DNA of 64,000 nt from Heteronotia binoei (lineage: Eukaryota). Under the pieces are notes generated by a model. That model ran no database searches, was not told the DNA's origin, and saw only the letters and a program-made list of their open reading frames with translations. Position numbers and translations under genes: made by a program. The stretch's first letter is position 1, and every line of letters begins with the position of its first letter. This document shows positions 11,478 to 22,849 of this stretch, piece by piece. The stretch spans positions 15,562,001-15,626,000 of the forward strand of contig NC_083235.1 of assembly GCF_032191835.1 (NCBI RefSeq), given 5' to 3'.

Positions 11478-11690
11478 TGGGACAGTGGCTCAGTGGTAGA
11501 GCATCTGCTTGGTAAGCAGAAGGTCCCTGGTTCAATCCCCAGCATCTCCAACTAAAAAGGGTCCAGGGAAATAGGGGTGAAAAACCTCAGCTTGAGACCG
11601 TGGAGAGCTGCTGCCAGTCTGAGTAGACAATACTGACTTTGATGGACCGAGGGTCTGATTCAGTATAAGGCAGCTCCATATGTTCATATA
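11478..11690 (+). mobile_element. tRNA-derived SINE with CR1-like tail (Squam2-like)
   Basis: The tRNA-like head gtggctcagtggtagagc...ggttcaatcccc runs straight into ...gatggaccgagggtctgattcagtataaggcagc. Reverse tail fragments lie near 62772 and 62990. Confidence 0.75.
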
Positions 11691-12029
11691 AATAGGTACA
11701 CACATGGCCTGGCCCAACCCATCATGGCTCAGCCCAGCAAGGTCTCATTTAAGTCAGATCCGGCCCTCATGAGTTTGACACCCCTGTGCTGGACCTTACG
11801 CAAGTCCATGATATCTGACCGGATTTACGTGATGGCTCTTTCCCTGCCAGGTCATGGGTCAACATGACTTGGGTAATGGTGGTGGCAGTTCTTCTCATTA
11901 TAAATGGCAGTGGTCTTGAGCATGGTCTTCTGGTAGGGAGGCTAAGGGTGGAGGCAACTCTGTCACACTCTGCATCCTCCCTCTGAGTGTGGTAGGTCCC
12001 TGGTGGGTCTCTTGGTCCCCTTCTCAGGA

Positions 12030-12368
12030 GGGCTTGCTGGAAACATTAGGCTAATTGGCAAAGCCCTTGAGTTGGTGTCTTCGAGATCGTCCCTAGAGAA
12101 TCTCTCAAGAGGGAATTCGGCTGCACCATCCTTCCTCCCTGAGTTGGGGATATCACAGCTCCCCAAAGTCCAAAGACTGAAGAAAAGCTGGCGGCACCAC
12201 TGCATCACTGCCTTCTGATGCTATACCAAAGGATGAGCCAGTTCTGCGCAACAGAAGAATATCCCTGCATCTTTCAGTTCAGCAACATCAAGGAAACATT
12301 GGCAGTTCCATCTCTTGCTTTGGCAAACTGGAAGGGCATTTGGGGCTGTCTTAATCAGCTGGGTAAGT
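12030..12368 (+). promoter_or_regulatory. Putative OR promoter plus 5' non-coding exon (module M2), probably for OR-B
   Basis: Contains aggcTAATTGgcaaagcc, tccctagagaatctctcaagagggaa and the donor G|GTAAGT (GT at 12363). Homologous to modules at 24.8, 50.6, 57.9 and 60.8 kb. Confidence 0.6.
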
Positions 12369-12647
12369 AGGAACACTTTGTGCACTGAAAGGTTTCTACC
12401 CTCAACAAGCCTACTAAGGTCTCCTTTCTCTGGGTGCCACCTAATGTGCTCTCTACAAAGAACAGCTACTTGGAACCTTCTGATGACTGGGAATAGTTGC
12501 AGCACATTTGGCAGGATTCTGCTGGCGACTGGATGTTTTGCAATGATTAAGGAGACAGGAGAGAGTTAAGGCTAAGGAGGTCTTTAGGTCTGTACGGGCT
12601 ATGGGTGATATCCAGAGATTTTTTCCTCCTCCAAAATTATAAACTCT

Positions 12648-12943
12648 GCCCCGTGGCGCAGAGTGGTAAAGCTGCAGTACTGCAGTCAGAGCTCTCTGCT
12701 CATGACCTGAGTTCAATCCCAGCAGAAGCTGGGTTCAGGTAGCCGGCTCCATGTTGACTCAGCCTTCCATCCTTCTGAGGTTGGTAAAATGAGTCCCCAG
12801 CAAGCTGGGAGAAAGCGTAGGTGACAGGGAAAGGTAATGGCAAACCACCTCGTAAAAAGTCTGCAGTGAAAACGTCGTGAAAGCAAGGTCACCACAGAGT
12901 CGATAATGACTGGTGCTTGCACAGGGGACTACCTTTACCTTTT
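12648..12943 (+). mobile_element. Sauria SINE, full length
   Basis: Reads gccccgtggcgcagagtggtaaagctgcag...cagccttccatccttctgaggttggtaaaatgag...tttaccttt. Confidence 0.9.
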
Positions 12944-14129
12944 ACAAACAGCTTACATAGAATAAGAAAAACTTTTTAAAAACATAAACTCAACTCACAA
13001 GTAATGGTACATGAATTAAGTCAAAGAAAAGAATTCAGCAAAACTGACTCTCAAAAAAGGTGACCACTTTTCTATTACAGATTGATGCTGAGACACCATA
13101 GCACGAGTTTAAATCAGAAGAGGGATGTATTGCATTTTTATTGGCTGATGCCATTCCAGATGTTAACCTTAAGGTGGCTACTTTCATCTTTTTAGCAACA
13201 AAAATAAGGAAGAAGATAACCACACCCAGCCATACAAGAATTTTGGCCAAGTCATAGTCTCATTCTGTCACGTTGTTTTATTATTTAGGTTTTAAATCTT
13301 GTTCATAGTTCTGTATTTTACTATGCTTTTTTAAAAGAAATGTTTTAATTTTTATGTCTAGAAGTAAACCGTATACTTTGGGGAGTTTGCTGGGTTGTTA
13401 TGGCCTATGGCTACAACAATAAAATACTTTACTTACTTACCACAGCACGTGACGTGATTGCACCTCATCAGTAATTTTATCCAGTATAAAGTACCCAAAT
13501 TTTGAGATATCAAACACATGTATTAGGAAATCACTCATCTTTCCAGTTACAAACTATAACTGCTTCAGCTGCAGTAAGTAAAGTCATTATAAACTCTCAA
13601 TCCAGTTTCGAGGCAGACCCAGATTCGACATCCAGGGATACTACACCGCTGAAGAATCCTAGTTGCCACAAAACGCACAGCCTCGTCCCAGAGGTCCCTG
13701 CATGCAGTCCAGGAGCTCTCTTCCCAGTTCCTAACAGACTGCCTTTTAAATACAAACATACCCAAAGTGAGCAGACACCAACGTGCCCTGACCCTCTTTG
13801 CTACTTCCCAGCTTCTGGTGTCTCAAGAAAGTCTTTTAAACCCTTTGAAATCATGTCCCCAAAGTCCTCTGTTCCTGTTAACAAGTTCTAACACAAGTCC
13901 AAGTCCCTAAGGGACATTTCTCTGCTCGTCCTTGGTCTTTCCTGGCTTGACAGGGTGGCCAGCCCCAGCGACTCCGCACTGTAATGCCATTCCAGATGTT
14001 AATCCGCACTGTAATCCCCATTCAACTGGCTCACCTTTCTGCACGTGAGTGCAACTTCTCTGTTGTCCATCTCAGCTGGCCTAAGTGCCACCATTGCCTC
14101 GTATTTCTCTGTTGCTTCACTGTCTAGTG

Positions 14130-14400
14130 CAGTTTGGTGTAGTGGTTAAGTGTGTGGACCCTTATCTGGGAGATCCGGGTTTGATTCCTCCACTTGCACC
14201 TGCTGGAATGGCCTTGGGTCAGCCATAGCTCTGGCAGAGGTTGTCCTTCAAAGGGCAGCTGCTGGGACAGCCTTCTTAGCCCCACCCACCTCACAGGGTG
14301 TCTGTTGTGGGGGGAGAAGACAAAGGAGATTGTAAGCCGCTCTGAGTCGCTGATTCAGGGAGAAAGGCGGGGTATAAATCTGCAGTCTTCTTCTTCTTCT
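14130..14400 (+). mobile_element. MIR-like SINE (Squam3-like)
   Basis: Typical head and (TTC)n tail. Confidence 0.85.
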
Positions 14401-14660
14401 TTTTTTCCCCTCTGGCACAATTTCTTCTTCAGCCTCCTCCTTGTTTGCCTATTCTGATGCTTCCCCACCTTCCTTGCCTCCTCTTGCAGTCTTCAGCGTC
14501 CCAGCCTTTGCTGATGATTTTCCAGCTGCCTCTCCCCCACTCCCCAGTGTGAGTCCTTTCAGTCTTATTTAAAGTTCCTGATTGCCTGTTTGTTTCATAA
14601 ATTACTCTGCACTGGAACTGTTGGTCACAGAGCCAAGCAGTGGGGTAGTGATCTCGGACT

Positions 14661-15017
14661 CAGTGCCGGATTAAATCCTGTGGAGGCCCCTAGGCAGTCA
14701 AAATCTTAGGGGCCCCCTTGCAAATTATCTCTGAGTCTGAGTGCCTGCCACACCACCCATGGGCCTTGCTGCAGCCTGCAGGCACCTTCTTAAAAGCTCC
14801 TTTTACTAAGCTGCAAGGGAGAGGCAGAGAGAGGCAAACTTGGCAAGGATGCCAGCAGCAGCCGCACCAGGGATGTCGGGCAAAGAGCAGCTCAGTTGCT
14901 GGCTGTGCGTGAAGGCTGGGAGGGCTGCAAGCAGGGGGGAAACCTGGCCCGGGGCCCCTAAAGGTGTGGGGGCCTATAGGCCAATGCCTACTTGGCCTAA
15001 TTGTTAATCCGGCTCTG
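14661..15017 (+). mobile_element. Non-autonomous hAT element
   Basis: TIRs cagtgccggattaa / ttaatccggctctg and TSD ctcggact/cttggact. Inverted family member at 48907-49270. Confidence 0.85.
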
Positions 15018-15229
15018 CTTGGACTTGGTTCTGAGTGGGTCTCAAGACCTAGTGAAAGATGTAGAGGTTGTTACACTAGTTGGGAACAGTGACCACAATG
15101 CTATTAAGTTCAGCATTCAGATCAAAGGAAAGCTATTCCTTAAGTACAAAACTGTAGCCTTCGATTTCAAAAGTGAGAACTTTACAAAAACGAGGGGAAT
15201 AGTAAAAGGAAGCTGAAGGGCAAAAGATA

Positions 15230-15500
15230 AGAGGAAGAAGAGGAGGATGGATTTACACTCACCCTTCACTCAAAGTCTCAGAGCAGCTTACAATCTCCCT
15301 CCTTTCCTCTCCTCACAACAGATACCCTGTGAGGCAGGCGGGGCTGAGAGAGCTCTGAAAGAACTGCTCTCAAGAGAACAGCTGTGGGAGAACTGGACTA
15401 ATCCAAGGTCACCCAGCAGGTTGCATGTGGAGTAGGAGTGGGGAATCAAACCCGGTTCTCCAGATTAGAGTCTGCCGCTCTTAACCACTACGCCAAACTG
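15230..15500 (-). mobile_element. MIR-like SINE (Squam3-like)
   Basis: Reverse copy ending ttaaccactacgccaaactg. Confidence 0.8.
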
Positions 15501-15842
15501 AGGGAAAAATCAGCATGGCTTCCACAAAGGGAAGCCCTGCCTCACCAACCTTTTGAAGTTCTTTGAGAAAGCAAACAAGCATGTAGGTAACAGTGACCTC
15601 ATAGACACTATATACCTGGACTTTCCAAAGGCTTTTGACAAGGTACCTCGCCAATGACTCTTGAATAAACTTAGCAGTCATGGGATAAGAGGACAGGTTC
15701 TCTTAATGGATTTCAAACTGGTTAAAGGACAAGAAGCAAAGAGTAGGATCAATGGGAAGTTCTCACAGTGCAGCAGTGGGGTCCATAAGGATCAGTACTA
15801 GGGCAGGTACTATTTAATTCATTCATAAATGCTCTGGAACTA

Positions 15843-16687
15843 ATAGGTTTTGCAATTCCAATGTTACCAGAGAATTACTTAATGGGTAAGTGGTTAGATT
15901 TAGACATTAGTAAGAGAACTAAAAAACTGATATCTATCTTAGTATCTACTGCTAGACTAACTATTGCTTTAAAATGGATTGACAAATCTCTACCTACTAT
16001 AGACATTTGGCAAACAAAATTAAGGGAACACTTTATTTTGAGCAAAATTTCTTACCAAACCTCAAATGCTCTGTTAGAACATTATGAATCAAAATTTGTA
16101 GCAATTTGGTTTCCGGAAACAAGTTATATGACTGAAAATAATATCTTAAGAGAGAACCCATTGTATAAAACTATGAGCGTTTTCGCACTGACCTTACTTG
16201 GCAGCGACGTCCCTCTTCACTGCGCAGCGTCTGCGCGGATTTCGCACACGTTGCTCCGCAGAACCCGGAAGAGCCGCAAAGTCCCGCGGCTTTTGCATCG
16301 CAAATGTAAACTGTTTTTTGGCCACTTTACATTTGCGACGCAAAAGCCGCGGGACTTTGCGGCTCTTCCGGGTTCTGTGGAGCAATGTGTGCGAAATCCG
16401 CGCAGACGCTGCGCTGTGAAGAGGGACGTCGCTGCCGAGTAAGGTCAGTGCGAAAACGCCCTATGATTTATTTTTAAAAAGAAAAAAAAAACAAGAAAAT
16501 GACTATTTGTAACTTCTGTGCTTTACAACTGAATATTACTACATAGTAATATTACTACTATATTACCTGTGCTTGAAATATAGTTATAATGAAGTTATGT
16601 ATAATAGGTAATTGTAATCATTTGTTTTTTGTAATTTGCAACTGAACTTTAAATTGCAATAAAAATATTACATTTTGAAAAAAAAAA
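15843..16687 (+). mobile_element. 5'-truncated L1 (ORF2 C-terminus, 3' UTR, poly-A)
   Basis: Translates to ISILVSTARLTIALKW...IW. Followed by aataaa and an A-run to ~16687. Flanked by an imperfect duplication aaatgctctggaacta / aagtgatttggaacta. Confidence 0.75.
16175..16461. mobile_element. PIF/Harbinger-like palindromic MITE
   Basis: 287-bp foldback with TIR G(A/G)GCGTTTTCGCAC and a 3-bp TSD TAT (16172-16174, 16462-16464). Confidence 0.8.
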
Positions 16688-17330
16688 GTGATTTGGAACT
16701 AAGGGAGAGTAGTGTCGTGGCCAAGTTTGCAGATGACACAGAATGATTCAGGATAATGAAACCCAAGACTGACTGTGAAGTGACAGTACACATAACATAC
16801 AATACGGTATGCACTTATTAACACTGACTGGAACAAATAAACCAATGAAATCAGACCAGACTGCAAAGTGTACTACTAAGAGTTTACTGTTTTATATGTA
16901 ATGTCTACTGCACAGTGTCTGATCTCTATCACCTAAAGGCCCATTTAGTTTTAATCAACATTGAAAGTGCACCGTATTATAAATGATATATTTTGCTTAA
17001 TCTTTTTAATGTATGCTTTTCACTTCAACTTTTTAGGTACTCTATTCCATTTTGGGGTGGGGTTTTTGCCCTTTCTTTGGCGTTGCTGTGCCTCACAATG
17101 GAGACCCAGAAATTACCCAACAAGTGCTCATCAGAAGATAAATGCAAAATCGCTAATTCTGCACAAAAATGAAGATATATTCTCTAGCTTGGGCATGCAA
17201 TACATGACATTCAGAATCCCCAAGTTCCGTCACACTATTAGTGTCTAGGTTTCCTTGGTTACCCATAGTAATTAGATTTGAACTTGGTTTAAGTCTTCAG
17301 TATAGGCATCAGATACCCAGTTGCTGGATA

Positions 17331-17660
17331 AGAACATAAGAGAAGACATGTTGAATCAGGCCAATGGCCCATCCAGTCCAACACTCTGTCACAAAGTGGC
17401 CAAAACCCCCAGGTCCCATCAGGAGGTCCACCAGTGGGGCCAGACACTAGAAGCCCTCCCATTGCTGCCCCCCCCAAGCACAAGAATACAGAGCATCACT
17501 GCTCCAGACAGAGTTCCAACAATGCACTGTGGCTAATAGCCACTGATGGACCTCTGCTCCATATGTTTATCCAATCCCCTCTTTAAGCTGTTAATGCTTG
17601 TAGCCGCCACCACCTCCCGTGGCAGTGAATTCCATGTGTTAATCACCTTTTGGGTGATTA
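17331..17660 (-). mobile_element. CR1 LINE 3' end
   Basis: Reads aagaacataagagaag...ggccaatggcccatccagtccaacac. Confidence 0.85.
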
Positions 17661-18064
17661 AGAGAAGATGGATGGAAAATTATATGTGATGTACAAATGC
17701 TGTAATAAATCCCAAAGGCTGTTTCTTTAAACAAAACCAAATAGAGGGGCAGTGTTATGATAGACAAACATGAATTCAGAATGCCGGGTCAGAGCATGGT
17801 GGAGGATTTGGAACAAAAAGCAGGGGGGGGGGGGCGGGGAGTGAACAGATAAGTGGTTAAGTCTGCCGTGATAACTCATAGCATCTCTGCTCAAAACTGC
17901 ATCTTTTCAAACGGATGTGTTTGCTTGGCAGCTCAGTCTCTACTATGCAAATTGGTATCTAGATGACAGAGGAGGGTTGTGTGCCTAGAAATCTGTCAGC
18001 CCAAACTTTGGTTGTAGGCCTCTACTTTTCTTCTTATTCTCACCCTTACAGCTGCGTCGGACCA

Positions 18065-19021
18065 ATGAATCACAAGAACACAACTCCGGTCTCCGAATTC
18101 TTCCTCCGTGGATTCTCCTCTCAACCAGAGGTTGAAAAACTCCTCTTCCCACTTTTCCTCTTGATGTATTTGCTCACCCTCCTGGGGAATGTCACCATCA
18201 TCTTGCTGATCCGCTGTGACAGGCACCTTCTCCAAACCCCCATGTACTTCTTCCTCAGTCACCTTGCAGTAGCTGATTTGGGGTTTGCCAGTACCATTGT
18301 CCCCAAAACGCTACAGAACTTGTTATCTCAGAGAAAGACCATCTCCTACCATGGCTGTCTGGCCCAGATGTTCTTCTACATACATATCGGCAATGCAGAT
18401 AGCTATCTTCTGGCTTCCATGGCCTACGACCGCTACGTGGCTATCTGCAACCCACTGAACTATTCCATTATCATGAATCACAAATGTTGCCTCCAGCTGA
18501 CATCTATATCCTGGACTCTCACTATGTTTCACTCATTGATTTATACCTTTTTGATGTCCCATGTTGAGTTCTGTGATCCTGGGGAAATCCCCCACTTTTT
18601 TTGTGACCTTTATCCTCTTCTGGATGTCTCTTGCTCTGACTCTTACCTGATAGATCTAGTCTTGATGACTGAGGGGATAGTGGAGATCCTGGGGCCGTTT
18701 GTGCTCATTATCATTTCCTATGCATTCATCTTCTTCTCCATCTTGAAGATTCCATCTGCCACTGGGAAGCGCAAGGCTTTCTCCACATGTGGGTCCCACA
18801 TCTGTGTGGTGCTCATGTACTTTGGTGGTATCAGCTTTGTTTATTTCAAACCGAATTCTAATTTGGCAGAACGCCACGACACCTGGGCTGCTATGATGTA
18901 CACCATGGTCAACCCCATGGTGAATCCCTTCATCTACAGCCTCAGGAACACTGAGATGAAGGCAGCCATGAAAAGAGTCATTAGGAAGCATTTTTCATTA
19001 ATTTCCAAAGGGCTGAAGTAG
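18065..19021 (+). CDS. Olfactory receptor, class II OR1-like, intact, 318 aa (OR-B)
   Basis: All OR motifs present, NTT sequon, acceptor ttacAG at 18050-18051. The C-terminus is 7 aa longer than in OR-A, -C and -D. Confidence 0.95.
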   Translation: MNHKNTTPVSEFFLRGFSSQPEVEKLLFPLFLLMYLLTLLGNVTIILLIRCDRHLLQTPMYFFLSHLAVADLGFASTIVPKTLQNLLSQRKTISYHGCLAQMFFYIHIGNADSYLLASMAYDRYVAICNPLNYSIIMNHKCCLQLTSISWTLTMFHSLIYTFLMSHVEFCDPGEIPHFFCDLYPLLDVSCSDSYLIDLVLMTEGIVEILGPFVLIIISYAFIFFSILKIPSATGKRKAFSTCGSHICVVLMYFGGISFVYFKPNSNLAERHDTWAAMMYTMVNPMVNPFIYSLRNTEMKAAMKRVIRKHFSLISKGLK

Positions 19022-19092
19022 TGTTTTCTGGGAGATACCTTGTTGGGTATCCCATTTTTTCTGGGAGATATGTCATTGGATATCCCATGAGG

Positions 19093-19276
19093 CAGGGGTT
19101 TTTTTTTGGTATTAGGAAGTCCTTTGCATTTTAGGTCACACCCCCTGATGTAGCCAATCTTCCAAGAGCTTACAGTAGGCCCTGTAAGAAGAGCCCAGTA
19201 AGCTCTTGGAGGACTGCCTACATCAGGGGTGTGTGGCCTAATATGCAAAGGAGTTCCTGCTACAAAAAAAGCCCTG
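19093..19276. mobile_element. Palindromic CAGGG-family MITE
   Basis: Foldback sharing its core with 447-618. TSD not preserved. Confidence 0.8.
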
Positions 19277-20105
19277 GTACTCGTCCTGCCTTATTGGAAG
19301 AATGCTGAGGGCTCAGTCAGTTATTTCTTTAAAAGGAATATTATTGGTTTAATGGTACATTGGATTTATATCCTGTCCTTCCCACCGAAGCAGGCTCAGG
19401 GTGGCTCACAACCAGTAAAATCACAGTAACATTCCAACACATAATACATCATAATTAGAATTCAAAACATTAAAACAGTCAGGTGCTAATATCATTTGAT
19501 ATCATTTTATTTCCCACGACGTTCAGTATTTCATTCCTTACTTACTATATTGGTTTTTCAGAAACAATTAAAGGCTAGCCGAATTAGTGTTGTCTTACAG
19601 GCCTTCCAACTTAAATATATATAACTTGGAGGAAAATGCAACCCGGGTGATTATATCCTTATTCTTTGTTTTATGCTAGTCATATATGTGATAGCTCCCA
19701 GAATGAACCTTACAAGTTCTATTCTCTTTTTTCCACACCCAATGCTATTTCTCTTTTCTGCTATCCAGTCTCTTTAGCTATATGACAACCCAGATAGTTT
19801 CCTTCCTGCAACACTCTCCTCTCCCCTATCATGACTGAACCCTCGCCTTGGTTCCACCCTTCAATGTGAACACAATTACCACAACATACTAGGGATGGGC
19901 ACAAATTGAACCATGTGCATACCATAGAGCAATGGCATCAAACATGTGGCCTGAGGACCAGATCAGGCCCCCGGAGGGCTCCAGTCAGGCCCACGAGCAA
20001 CTCACTGTCATCTGCTGCCTTCTTTCTCTCTCTTGCTTCCTTCTTTCTTTGCCAGGCTTGCTCAATTGCGCAGGAGCTACAGGGCAAAGCCTCTATTTTG
20101 GTGTA

Positions 20106-20385
20106 GAGAGCCGGTTTGGTGTAGTGGTTAAGTGTGCGGACTCTTATCTGGGAGAACCGGGTTTGATTCCCTACTCCTCCACTTGCACCTGCTAGCATGG
20201 CCTTGGGTCAGCCATAGCTCTGGCAGAGGTTGTCCTTGAAAGGGCAGCTGCTGTGAGAGCCCTCTCCAGCCCCACCCACCTCTCAGGGTGACTGTTGTGG
20301 GGGAGGAAGGGAAAGGAGATTGTGAGCAACTCTGAGACTCTTCGGAGTGGAGGGCAGGATATAAATCCAATATCTTCTTCTTCTC
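20106..20385 (+). mobile_element. MIR-like SINE (Squam3-like)
   Basis: Full head and (TTC)n tail. Confidence 0.85.
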
Positions 20386-20999
20386 CATTGGCAAACCAGA
20401 ACATGAAGCAACTTATGTACAAAAGTTCGCAATGCCCAGCCATTTCGTGTTTTCCCGTGGGTCTTAGGCTCAAAGCATTTGCCAGGAGATTTCTGCAATG
20501 AATGCCAATAAATCAAAAGTAGGTTTGCAACTTACAGACACACACCTGAACAATACCTGAACAGCATACTCAAGATTGCTACAGCACAGACATTGTCTCC
20601 AGATTTTGATGCAATAATTCAGAGCAAGAGGAGTCATTTATCAGAGACTGTTAAATAAACAAAACATTACAAGAGTGCTAATGTTTTAAGCATGTTTTAT
20701 TTTAAGTTTTTTTTTAAAAAATCTTTAATTTGTCTGTGTCCTTTATATATCTCCAGTACCTGGCATCACATTTTATGATACACTTTAACTGGCCCAACAA
20801 GGTCTCATTTATGACAGATCTGGCCCTGATAGCAAATAAGTTCAATACCCCTGACATAGACACAAGGAGAAACAAAAGTCACTTCCCAGTTATTACTTCC
20901 CAGACTCCAGGAATTTCTGAAGCCAGCATTGGCAATGCTACTACTAAGACAAGTGGGACAAGATGGCTATAGCTTCGGTTCCTAAAAAATAGTCATTGC

Positions 21000-21193
21000 C
21001 AGTGTTCCCTCTAAGCTGAGTTCGCGTGAGCTAGCTCACCGATTTTTAGCCTTCAGCTCACACATTTTTGTCTTAGCTCGGGAAAAACGGCCTCAGAGCA
21101 AATTAATATATGCAGGAGCTCACAATTTAAATGCCAGTAGCTTACAAAGTAGAATCTTTGCTCACAAGATTCTGCAGCTTAGAGGGAACACTG
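21000..21193 (+). mobile_element. hAT MITE (CAGTGTTCCCTCTAAG TIR family)
   Basis: TIRs present, TSD gtcattgc/gtcattac. Confidence 0.85.
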
Positions 21194-21588
21194 GTCATTA
21201 CCAGTCTAGGAGAGTCAGATTTTTTTTTTTAAATACAAGACTCACTGAGCTACGATGACGCCTTCTCCTAGAGCGAACAGTGCAAAGCATTTTGTTTGCA
21301 CTGGGGGGAGCACCCAGCACAAGAAAAAAGCAACTGCAGCTTTGCACTTGGTTTCAGCAGCACCTCCTGCTTCATGCTCAAACAGCCTACTTTGCACTAT
21401 TTGGGCTTAGCAAGCTTGGCATTTGGTCCAGACAGCCCAGTATTTTCACTGACTATTTGGGGGAAATTGAAAAAAAATTACCAGGCACTGAAATGTCCAG
21501 TCCGTTTTAAGTTAATCTCAGAGAGAAAATACCAGACTGTCTGGGTCAATACTGATCACCTGGCAACCTGACTTAGTAGTGTTATCAT

Positions 21589-21759
21589 CAGGGGTGGAAT
21601 TTTAGCAGGAGCTGCTTTGCATATTAGGCCACACCTCCCTGATGTAGCCAATCCTCCAAAAGCTTACAAGGCTCTTTTTTGTAAGCTCTTGGAGGATTGG
21701 CGACATCAGGGGTGTGTGGCCTAATATGCAAAGGAGCTCCTGCTAGAATTCCATCCCTG
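21589..21759. mobile_element. Palindromic CAGGG-family MITE
   Basis: Foldback, same family as 447-618. Confidence 0.85.
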
Positions 21760-22075
21760 AGTGTTGTCATCTACCTACCAAAATGATTTTAAGGTAGGCG
21801 AGGATGCCGTATGAAGTCACCACTCTTGATTTTTCGTCTCTTTTCCAAGTGAGCTATGGGGAAAGGAACTGGACCAGGATCTCCCAGTTCACCTTCTCAG
21901 GATTCTCTGTCCCACAAAGATTCCATGACATCAACAGGTTTTTTGCCCTTTGACATTTGGCAGTGCCTGATAACAATTCCTGCAGACCCTCTCTGACATA
22001 AATCTTCCTCCGCTCCTTCATGTGCTTCTTCCTCAGTCGCTTGCCACTGGATGATCTTGGTTTTATCTCTGTCAT

Positions 22076-22517
22076 CAGGGGTCATTTTGGAGAAAAACAG
22101 GTGGCGGAGCTCATTAGCATAATTCATTAGCAAATGCCACCCCCCCACCAGCCAAAAGCAACCCGAGACAAAAAAGGAGAGCCCCGGGAGAGCGAGGCCT
22201 GCTTGGTCTGGCAAGAGATCCAGCCAGCCCAAACAGGCCTCACTCTCCCAGGGCTCTCCTGAGTCAAAAGGCCAACAAGCTACCTGCTGCCCCAAATCAC
22301 GTAAGAAGTGCAGAAAGGATGGCTTGGGCTTCTACAGAAGTTAATGAGGGCTGCTGTGGGCGTGGCAAAGCCCCTGGTGGCTGGCTGGCTGACCGGTCTC
22401 CTAATCCAGGGATTGTTATGCAGCTGCCCCTGCTATTCAATGGACAAGGTAGGTGGAGAGGAGAGGGGGGCCATCAGAAAGGCTCAGGAGCTGTGCTCCT
22501 GCTGAATCTGACGCCTG
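22076..22517 (+). mobile_element. Non-autonomous hAT element
   Basis: Perfect 8-bp TSD TCTGTCAT. Homologous to 5803-6264. Confidence 0.85.
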
Positions 22518-22849
22518 TCTGTCATTACCCCAAAGACACTGCACTGATTTCTAAAAAAGTATCTCTTGTGGTGGGCATTTTGCATGGTTGTATTTCTGCT
22601 GGATTTTCATTCTACCACTTAGCCCAGGGCTCCTCAGATGCCATCATGACTAGATGGCTCCTAAAGGTCAAGAGTGAGGGGCTAGAGGAGGAAAAGGGGG
22701 TTATCCCTCTTTTTAAAACCCATATGTTCCATTTGGTCACTTCAGTTGCTATTTGCTTTATATATCCTTCCTCCCTAACATTTCCCTCTTGCCAAACATA
22801 TTAATACTAGTAGCCACTGATAGATTTTTCCTCCATGAATCTATCCAAT

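Larger units (their letters stand above)
15020..16790 (+). mobile_element. Degraded CR1 ORF2 fragment (EN end and RT), interrupted by a SINE and an L1
   Basis: Translates to LDLVL..GNSDHNAIKF; QHGFHKGKPCLTNLL..IYLDFPKAFDKVP; and, after the L1, KFADDT (~16722). Confidence 0.8.

Noticed and set aside
11483-11548. tRNA-like sequence
   Set aside because: No intact acceptor stem, and it continues into a SINE body and tail.
12003-12569. Coding potential of the promoter modules
   Set aside because: Reading frames are not preserved between M2, M3, M4, M5 and M6; the homology has frame-breaking indels.
15861-16442. 193-aa ORF
   Set aside because: A chance fusion of an L1 ORF2 C-terminus with a palindromic MITE; not a gene.
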